From a virus (taxonomy: Duplodnaviria; Caudoviricetes): a stretch of DNA of 64,000 nucleotides. Each line of letters starts with the position of its first letter. Position 1 is the stretch's first letter. Below are positions 41,933 to 50,264 of this stretch, piece after piece. A model generated the notes under the pieces. It did no database searches, was not told where the DNA came from, and saw nothing but the letters and a program-made list of their open reading frames with translations. Location of the stretch: positions 192,001 to 256,000 of IMG/VR virus record IMGVR_UViG_2595698293_000001; one strand, 5' to 3'. A program made the position numbers and the translations under genes.

Positions 41933-42238
41933 ATGATTAAAAATATTGAAGCATTCGATAAAGCATATCTTTACACCAGTACTTTTCGGAATAGCGATGG
42001 CGATCCGGTTGAATTTAAAAATGTAGTACTGATCCGGCCTGGTTTTGATATTATTCATATCTGGAATTCATGGAATCAAGCGGCGGGCAATCGCTATACT
42101 ATTGATAAAGAAATTTCAATAGAAGAAGCGTTAAAACTTCCATCATTGCCGGATCGTTTATCCCTGGCTAGTCGTGTGGAACTGGTGGGTGATACCGCAC
42201 AATATATCACGCATGAGTATGAATTTAAGTACTTATAA
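41933..42238 (+). CDS. early hypothetical protein
   Basis: own promoter. Confidence 0.7.
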   Translation: MIKNIEAFDKAYLYTSTFRNSDGDPVEFKNVVLIRPGFDIIHIWNSWNQAAGNRYTIDKEISIEEALKLPSLPDRLSLASRVELVGDTAQYITHEYEFKYL

Positions 42239-42324
42239 GTGTTGACAACATAATTCAGTACTGTATAATGTATTACATCAAAGGGGATACATAGTGTATC
42301 CCTGAATTAACAGGAGTAACCCAT

Positions 42325-42573
42325 ATGTCTAGTATCGTTATCAATGAAACCTTATTATCTGTTACTTATGACAATGACAGTGTTTTTCCGGGTAAAGATT
42401 ATGGGGACGAAATTCCCGTAAAAGTTGAACTCGATCAAAGTGTCGGTAATGCCGACGATATTAAACGCACTATGGTGGTTAAAATTGGCGATATCACTTT
42501 ATTGCCCATTGATATTGATTATATCAAGTTTATGATTGATCGTGCAAATACCATTGCCGAAACCTTCAAATAA
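42325..42573 (+). CDS. early hypothetical protein
   Basis: promoter, leader hairpin, AGGAG. Confidence 0.8.
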   Translation: MSSIVINETLLSVTYDNDSVFPGKDYGDEIPVKVELDQSVGNADDIKRTMVVKIGDITLLPIDIDYIKFMIDRANTIAETFK

Positions 42574-42656
42574 GTACTTGACAACTGGTTTCAGTACTGT
42601 ATAATGTTTATCAAAGGGGATACATAGTGTATCCCTGATTTAAAGGAGATTCTAAA

Positions 42657-42845
42657 ATGGCAGTAGTATACGGTTATATCAGCAACTATGATTTGACTTT
42701 CCGGGAAGTCGGTACTGAATTAGGTGCAAAGAATGCAGCAACGCGAAACGGCTCGACCCGCGTAGGATATCGCAGTAGTATTAATAATATGTATATTGAA
42801 ACGCATATCCGCAACGATAAAAAGGGTAAATGGGAAAAAGTGTAA
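42657..42845 (+). CDS. early hypothetical protein
   Basis: promoter, leader hairpin, AGGAG; GAKNAATR motif. Confidence 0.8.
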   Translation: MAVVYGYISNYDLTFREVGTELGAKNAATRNGSTRVGYRSSINNMYIETHIRNDKKGKWEKV

Positions 42846-43235
42846 TCTAATTCCATTTACAAATCTTTACAAAACCAGTACTTGATTTAATTATTGAGTA
42901 CTGGTATTATATATTCATTGGCAGATAAGCCGCAGCCCACAGGGTGCCGAGGTGTATCTATAGTTTATTGAATTGAAGTACAGAAAAATATTTCTTGCAT
43001 AATTCATTTCTTATGTTATAATAGTAATCACATAAATTAATTGGAGTGAACAAAAATGTTATTAGATTGGCTCAATACTTTATCCCCTGCTGCTGGCCGA
43101 CGCTGGGCTATCGGTTCGTCGGTTGCCATCGTTGTAGGCGTCATTGTACTTTTAGTGATGATTTTCTAAAAAGTACTTGCTTTAATGATCCAGTACTGTA
43201 TAATGTACTTATACCAAATAACAGGAGTAAAACCG

Positions 43236-43553
43236 ATGAAAGATGTAACTTTACCAGTAGTTCAAACTAACTTTGAAAACCAATTCCTGGCCGAAGTATT
43301 CAAGATTGATAATGGCGTTGTATCAATCAATTACGGTTTCAATAGCGGCGGTTATGAAAAATTCATTTATTTCGTTACTGCCGATGGTGGATGCCTGGCA
43401 ATTGATACGGTACTGAATGAATTCAGTAAAGTAGATTTTAATGATGATAATGATCCTCAGTGGTATATTGTCGGCTATGACGTGAACTATGAAGATGAAG
43501 ATCTTTATGATGATCATACTAATCAAAAAATTGAATCCGCTTATGGGGAATAA
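43236..43553 (+). CDS. acidic conserved early phage protein (GGY...DG...W.IVG.DVN.ED..L...IESAYGE)
   Basis: AGGAG SD; start reassigned. Confidence 0.8.
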   Translation: MKDVTLPVVQTNFENQFLAEVFKIDNGVVSINYGFNSGGYEKFIYFVTADGGCLAIDTVLNEFSKVDFNDDNDPQWYIVGYDVNYEDEDLYDDHTNQKIESAYGE

Positions 43554-44725
43554 AAATGATCATCGTACTATCAGAGAAAGAAAAGAAATTAATTCTTTCA
43601 GTACTGAAAGAATATCCCAGAAATATGCGGGAGCCGTTTGAAACAAATGGTGAATTCGAAGAGCATTTAAACGATATCGATTTATTGATATCCAAGATTG
43701 AATCACAATAGTGATGTACTGTAAAACGTCCTGTAATCGATTATGGGACGTTTTAAGGAATAGCACTATGATTTATTCAGTACTGTAAAAAAACGCTTGA
43801 AAATTGATTCCAGTACTGTATAGCTGCATTACTGTTTAATGTGGGGTATTAAAATGAAATATGTTATGGTAGATGAAATTACTAGCACGAAACCCAGTGA
43901 TGATTATAACAAATGGCTTGCCCGTAGCAATAAATGTATTATTCCGCACGATGACCGCGTATATCATTGTTATGAATGCGGGGAGATTATACCAAATGTA
44001 CTGGATCATTCAATCTTTACATATGATGATCTTAATTACGCTCATTCAAGATGCCTTGATAAAAAATAGTTGACAGTATCATATCAGTACTGTATAATGC
44101 TTTACATAGGAAAATTATTCTCCCCATTATCAGGAGTAAAGAATATGTTTTACATCGGTACTGTTAAAAAAAATTCAAATGTAATTGAAGCATCATTGAT
44201 TTGTACTAACAATGAAGTGGCTGGCTATGATTATGCTCAAGAACGATTCATGAAACACTATACCGGTGATGATTCAGTGTCATTCGATTTTGAACGTATC
44301 GGTGATGGTGTTACAATTATGAAATTTGAAGATCTCCCTGAAATCGATTTTGATTTTGTCGTTACACTGTAAAAAAAGTACTTGCATAATTCTTTCAGTA
44401 CTGTATACTGTACTTATACCAAACAAAAGCAAATGGAATCAGTACTGATTCCCTGTAAAGGAGATAGACCAATGTCAGATCGTATCACTCGCAAAATGGT
44501 AGCAGATAAAGTTGCTGGGCTGAATCTTGCTATTGACCGTCGTGGATTGCCTGAAAAATATCAGGTAGTACTGGAAGATGGCAAATTCAATATTGAATTA
44601 CAGCCGTCTCATGTTTATACTAAACCAACGACAGTACAAGGGAATTTAAGTACACGTGAAGCATATCTTTACCTCAAAGGTATGTTTGAGATCCTTCTCA
44701 ATAATGTACCATATAAAGATTAAAG

Positions 44726-44756
44726 AAAAAGGGGAGACAATGAGTCTCCCTTTTTT
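44726..44756. terminator. bidirectional intrinsic terminator
   Basis: AAAAAGGGGAGAC-aatga-GTCTCCCTTTTTT. Confidence 0.85.
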
Positions 44757-44949
44757 GTATTCAGTACTAAATTATATAGATACATTTATGCACCCTGTGG
44801 GTTAGTAGCTTGTTCTGCTTTATGTAGTAATTATATGATAAAGCTGGTGGCTTGTCAACACTTATTTTAAAATAAAAAGTACTGAATAGTACTTGCAAAA
44901 AGTATTCAGTACTGTATAATGTTTGTATTGAGATTAAGGAGTTCTTACT

Positions 44950-45507
44950 ATGTTAATCAAAATGTATCACGGTTCTAATAATTTTGATCATCGCTGGGGA
45001 TATCTGGGTGGAAAACCTGGCAATTTTCATATGGGTTTTGGACTATATCTAACTAACTCTTATCGCTGGGCTGATAATTATGGGCGACGTCATTATGAGT
45101 TAGATTTAGATATTTGTAGTACTGGTGCCGCACATAATGTATGGATTCCTACTAAACACTTTATGGAATTCATAAGAGTATATTGTACTAAAAAGTTTTA
45201 TACAATGTGCTGTAAAGAATTTAAAGACCGTGAATCTTTGAATGTAGAACGCGTTGAATTGCTTATTATCAATATGGAAAGGCACGTTACGAAAATCGCT
45301 AAACCATTTGCTGAATTCGTCGCTGCCTGGGGTTGTACGCATAGCATTGAAATATCCGGTAACTATGGTGGTGTTTGCGTGCGGCTTTATGATTTCAGTA
45401 TTATAAAGAATTGTATCATAAGCCAGGAAACGCAGGATTTTTATTATCCAGATGAATTGACAAGATATCCTCAAAAAACTTGTATTAATGATTCAGTACT
45501 GATATAA
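44950..45507 (+). CDS. ADP-ribosyltransferase-fold-like protein
   Basis: MYHGS...GFGLYLT...AxxYG motif typical of H-Y-type ARTs. Confidence 0.6.
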   Translation: MLIKMYHGSNNFDHRWGYLGGKPGNFHMGFGLYLTNSYRWADNYGRRHYELDLDICSTGAAHNVWIPTKHFMEFIRVYCTKKFYTMCCKEFKDRESLNVERVELLIINMERHVTKIAKPFAEFVAAWGCTHSIEISGNYGGVCVRLYDFSIIKNCIISQETQDFYYPDELTRYPQKTCINDSVLI

Positions 45508-46987
45508 TGAATTAAATTAATCAGGAGGAATTATCTTAAATGAATAACCGTCAATTGATGATCGATGCATCTCGTTTTCGTTCAAAAGAAGAAAAGAGAA
45601 GTTGCATTAAATGGGTTTTGTCAACTTTCATTATTGGATTACTTATTGTTGCTTTTGTTTATAGTTAGTACTTGACAATATAATCCAGTACTGTATAATG
45701 TTTATCAAAGGGAATGAATTATTCATTCCCGATTAATCAAAGGAGTTTTGCCATGATCTATATTATCAAAGTATCCCCGACCGTAGGTAAATCAGAAGTT
45801 GTAGCTGTTATCACTTCCCTGGAAGCGAAAGATCTTCATACCCCGTTTAATGTATGGGTGGAGGATAATTTCGGACAATTCAGTACTGCTGAATATATCG
45901 AACAATTCGCTGTCCCGGACACTGGTAAAATCAAAGTGGATCGTGTCCTGGATTTTGATAACAGTAATTACTTTTAAAAACGTTTGACAACTGATTTCAG
46001 TACTGTATAATGTTTATCAAAGGGAATGAATTATTCATTCCCGATTAATCAAAGGGGTTTATCATGAAAGAGTATATCTTTGAAGTAACTTTCACATTTG
46101 GCCCGCACCAACTGATCCGGTCTTCTGGCTACAACCGCGAACAAGCATTCAGCAACCTTCGCCGTATGTACCCCAATGTCGTGACCTGGGTCAAGTGTGA
46201 AGAAGCTTAAAATAATTAGTCAGTACTATTGACAACGGGTGATAGTACTGCTATAATTATTTTAACTTATACGGAATGGAGTTAAAACAAATGTTCAGTG
46301 TCAGCAAACAAGGCGACAAATTTCTGGTTCAATACCATCATTTTGATCTGGTATACACTCAGCCAGATTGTGTATTCAGTACTCAGGAAGGTGCCGAAAA
46401 GCACAAAAAAGCCTTGATCGAAAATAGCAACAGTGGTACATTAGATTTCATCCAACAGTACTGGAATGAATCTAAGCTGGTGGACGGTTATTCCAACACA
46501 GTTTATTATGTAGGTATCACTGATTAATCGGGAGTACTGTTAATGTATATGCCAATTATCATACCGTTAGCAGTACTGTTAATCGCCGCCGTTATCTGCG
46601 AACAATATCATTTGTTAGGAATGTAAACTATGATTCAATGTGAATTGTCAGTACTGATCACGCTGTTCTATATGTTGGGGCAAAAGAAACAAGATATTTC
46701 TGGTGATAATGCATTATTGTATCAATCATTAGACCAATGGCAACGATCTGAATTAAGCAATGCATGGGCGAAAGGTTACAACGATAGTACTGCAAAATAA
46801 TTTAAAAAAGGGGTTGACTTACGCCAGCCCTTTTGTTATCATTAGTACATAGCAAGAACAATGCTCAAGCCCACAGGGTGCGGAGGTGTATCTATAGTTT
46901 ATGTTGGTCTGAATCATTAATTTTCTTGACAATTGGTTTAGTACTGGATATAATAGCCGCCATTGAATACAGGAGGATTTTAAAAAA

Positions 46988-47254
46988 ATGGCCTATCATA
47001 CACCACATAGACATTTCATTGATAAACGCGGTATGGCTTTTAAAGCAATGAGTGACAATCGTAACACACAAATGTACTTTAAAGATATGACGTTAGAAGA
47101 AGCTATTGAAGCTGTAAGGAATGATCGTAAGCTTTCCAAGAAAGTTGCATCAGTACTTAATGCTTTTTGGTTTGAACGTACTACCAACAAAGAATACAAA
47201 GAAAAGATGATTGCACTTGGTAAAGTAGTAAGAGAAGAAAAATTATATCTTTAA
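46988..47254 (+). CDS. basic early hypothetical protein
   Basis: AGGAGG SD, own promoter. Confidence 0.75.
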   Translation: MAYHTPHRHFIDKRGMAFKAMSDNRNTQMYFKDMTLEEAIEAVRNDRKLSKKVASVLNAFWFERTTNKEYKEKMIALGKVVREEKLYL

Positions 47255-47505
47255 GTACTTGACTATGTGATTCAGTACTGCTATTATATATTCATACCAA
47301 TTAAGGAGATAGACCAAATGAAACAAGCTAAATTTAATTCAGAAATTAAAGCAGCAAAAGCACACAAAGTACAGTTAGTAGTACTGGTTATTGTATCAAT
47401 CTTTTTGCTGTGCAACATCGGCTAAAATAATTATTACAGTACTATTGACAACCAACGATAGTACTGGTATAATTACTTTACCAAATAAAAAAGGAGTAAC
47501 CAAAA

Positions 47506-47781
47506 ATGCGGATTAAACTTACCAGTGATGAGATTCATTCAGTACTGACTACCAATATGCAGGACTGGAAAAAGTACGCTGATATCGAAGAAGTCCAGGA
47601 ACTCAATGATGATTTGAGTGTAGATGAAATTATCACTATTTGCTCATCTCAATTCTTTGATGATATCAATGATGAAGAGCAAGATGTATTTGATATCATG
47701 GAAAAACATTTTATTGCGTATGATGTTTTCCCGTATACTCGCCAGGCTTATATTCTTATTCACAACATTTATAACAAATAA
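47506..47781 (+). CDS. acidic early protein, possible DNA mimic
   Basis: about 20 D/E versus 7 K/R in 91 aa; AGGAG SD. Confidence 0.6.
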   Translation: MRIKLTSDEIHSVLTTNMQDWKKYADIEEVQELNDDLSVDEIITICSSQFFDDINDEEQDVFDIMEKHFIAYDVFPYTRQAYILIHNIYNK

Positions 47782-47793
47782 GGAATAATAATC

Positions 47794-48159
47794 ATGGAAA
47801 AAGAATTTAAAATCAAATACAATATCAGTACCGATGGCGGTTTTGAAGTACCAGAAGAAGATCAAGAACGTCTTAATGATGTTATTATGATTGACATTTC
47901 AAATAAAATCATTCAAGGCTACCGCGAAGGTGAATTGTGTGAATCGTTGATGGATCAATTCGATGAAGTGGAAACGTTTTATCGTGGCTGGTGGAGTATC
48001 GAAGAAGTTCACAAAGTACACGAATACCGTGTATTCTGGATTAATGGCGTTAATGATATCGAAGATATCATTGTAAAAGAAAGTAGTGAATCCGCCGCCA
48101 TTCAGTACTTTAAAGATCACTACCCCAACAAACGTTATCACCATTTAGAAAAAATTTAA
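47794..48159 (+). CDS. acidic early hypothetical protein
   Basis: GYREGEL...YRGWW motif. Confidence 0.75.
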   Translation: MEKEFKIKYNISTDGGFEVPEEDQERLNDVIMIDISNKIIQGYREGELCESLMDQFDEVETFYRGWWSIEEVHKVHEYRVFWINGVNDIEDIIVKESSESAAIQYFKDHYPNKRYHHLEKI

Positions 48160-48246
48160 AAAGTAATTGACAACATAATCCAGTACTGATATATTAATAC
48201 GCATAGGGGCAAACAACTTGCCCCACTAAACAAAAGGAACTACCAA

Positions 48247-48603
48247 ATGATTACTAAATTCTACGCTACTCGTGAACAGGCTCGGATCGTCGCTCGTGAA
48301 GAAGGCGAAACCTTCAAAGATATGGGTAAAGATTCCCCTGCTGGTCAACGCTGGGCAGTACTGTTCCGCGAGGTCAAAGACCTGGTAGAAAACGCTAAAG
48401 CCGTTGAAATGAACGTTCCCACCAAAGAAGATAAAGAACTGACTGATGCCCTCGCTGCTGCATTCTCCGCGATGGATAAAGCCGCAGCGGTAGTACTGAA
48501 AGTACCGGAATTTGTTACCAGAAAAGTGCATTCAGTACTACAAAATAAATTCAACGGTAAACAGGTTCAAGTGTTTACTAAACGTAAAATTCCGGTCATG
48601 TAA
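48247..48603 (+). CDS. highly expressed early hypothetical protein
   Basis: optimised codons; FYATREQAR...KDMG...GQRWAV. Confidence 0.8.
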   Translation: MITKFYATREQARIVAREEGETFKDMGKDSPAGQRWAVLFREVKDLVENAKAVEMNVPTKEDKELTDALAAAFSAMDKAAAVVLKVPEFVTRKVHSVLQNKFNGKQVQVFTKRKIPVM

Positions 48604-48707
48604 AATCTGACTATTACAGTACTAACAAAGGGGCTTCAATGCCCCTTTAAACGTCCTGTAAGCCATTCTAAGAGGTTTTACATGAAAAGGTACAACTACA
48701 CAAAGGA

Positions 48708-48929
48708 GTGATGAAAGTTCATTATAATGCCCCGCAACGCATTATAGATAGAGCCATTGAACTAGCCAATCAATACCTAGCTGGTGGATTAACTCCCAGG
48801 AAGTTAAGCAACGGGAAGTTATATGTAATCAACGTTGATACTAATAATCGTATAGTAATCAAAGGTGAAAGCATATCACTGTATGAACATCAGCAGTATA
48901 ACAAGAAAGTAAAAAATATTAGTAGATAA
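48708..48929 (+). CDS. small basic protein, weakly ParE/RelE-like
   Basis: P..I..RA...Y...RKL...YVINV...RI...HQQYNK pattern; weak. Confidence 0.4.
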   Translation: MMKVHYNAPQRIIDRAIELANQYLAGGLTPRKLSNGKLYVINVDTNNRIVIKGESISLYEHQQYNKKVKNISR

Positions 48930-49008
48930 GTGTTGACAACTGATTTCAGTACTGCCATAATGTATACATACAAGGCAATACCGCCTAATAACATAGGAGT
49001 AACTGAAA

Positions 49009-49431
49009 ATGAAAAAATCCACTAAAATTATCTTAGGTGTATTTGTTGTTCCGGCAGTAGCCTTTTTTACTTGTGCTATGATTTTTGGTGATGCTTCTCG
49101 GGTTGCCGCAAAAATCGAAAAAGAAAAACAAGTCCAGGTGGAAGTCAAGAAAGAAGAAAAGAAAAATTATAACACTGTATGGGAAGCAATTTGCCATACC
49201 AGTAATGGTAAAAGGATCTCCATCCTTACAGCGATGAATAATGGAAAATCAATCGTCGGAAACGAATATATGGAAGTTACTTCCAGTACTGGTAAAGAAT
49301 TTGTAATGACGAACTATAATAACAATAACGTTGCAATTGTTACACAAGATTTTAAAGGTAATGCAGTACTTGAATATCATACGGAATATGAAGTAATATT
49401 TGCAAAATGCACATTTGAATGGGGTGCATAA
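49009..49431 (+). CDS. membrane-anchored periplasmic hypothetical protein
   Basis: N-terminal TM; CHTSNG...AKC resembles the CxSNDG family. Confidence 0.7.
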   Translation: MKKSTKIILGVFVVPAVAFFTCAMIFGDASRVAAKIEKEKQVQVEVKKEEKKNYNTVWEAICHTSNGKRISILTAMNNGKSIVGNEYMEVTSSTGKEFVMTNYNNNNVAIVTQDFKGNAVLEYHTEYEVIFAKCTFEWGA

Positions 49432-49614
49432 AAATAAACATAATAAACAAAAAAGGGGGTTGACACAGGTCAGCCCTTTTGCTATTATTAATATCAAGAA
49501 AACAAGCTAACCCACAGGGTGCATAAATGTATCTATAATTTATTAAAGAATTTTAGTACTTGACAACGTAGTACAGCAGTACTAAAATATCTACATACAA
49601 AGGAGATTACCAAA

Positions 49615-50199
49615 ATGAACAAACATCTTAAAGTACTGAATAAATGTAAATCCAATACCGAAATGTTACTGTACTGTTACAAAAATTTAATTAAACTCGG
49701 GAGAGGTTCATCCAGAACAGTATTTTTGTTAACAAAAAACAAAGTACTGAAAGTTGCTCATAACCATATTGGCAACCAACAGAATACAGCAGAAATCACT
49801 GCATGGTTGTATATTGATTATGACCGCTATTATAATAAACGCTTTTTCGCTAAAGTGTTCCCTGATATGTCGCATTTTAAAGATGTATACATAGTACAGG
49901 AGTACTGCGACAATATCAGTACTAAAGAAGCGAAGCCATACATTGAACATTACTTGACACCTAGCACTATTGAAAATGAGCGTGCTAAACGCTTCCACAC
50001 GGCGTTAAGAGATGTAGACAATACCCTTAACTATAAAACGCTGGTGGACTTAAACGTGGGCAATATAGGCCGTTCTGTAAGGGGTGCAATAAAACTCCGT
50101 GATTATGGATTATCTGAACATATTGCTAAACAGTATAGAGAAGCCCGCGACCAGTACCACCAACTCAAAAGTATTAGTAACATAAGTATTGATTTATAA
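49615..50199 (+). CDS. protein-kinase-like (Ser/Thr kinase fold) protein
   Basis: G-loop LGRGSSRTVF, VLKVA, alphaC Glu (NTAE), catalytic DLNVGNIG, DYG. Confidence 0.8.
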   Translation: MNKHLKVLNKCKSNTEMLLYCYKNLIKLGRGSSRTVFLLTKNKVLKVAHNHIGNQQNTAEITAWLYIDYDRYYNKRFFAKVFPDMSHFKDVYIVQEYCDNISTKEAKPYIEHYLTPSTIENERAKRFHTALRDVDNTLNYKTLVDLNVGNIGRSVRGAIKLRDYGLSEHIAKQYREARDQYHQLKSISNISIDL

Positions 50200-50264
50200 T
50201 TTCAGTACTGCTATAGTACTTTCACAGGGGAGATAATCTCCCCAATCACAAAGGAGATTTTACC

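Larger units (their letters stand above)
33848..42870. promoter_or_regulatory. dispersed CpxR-type boxes GTAAA-N5-GTAAA
   Basis: TTTAC-AAATC-TTTAC at 33848, 34220, 34833, 35067, 42856; GTAAA-GAAGT-GTAAA at 37802; variant at 41419. Confidence 0.6.

Noticed and set aside
36200-43766. Two minus-strand ORFs (36200, 43560) sharing FLKTSHNRLQDVLQYI
   Set aside because: The similarity is explained by the 46-bp DNA repeat at 36276 and 43717; no translation signals
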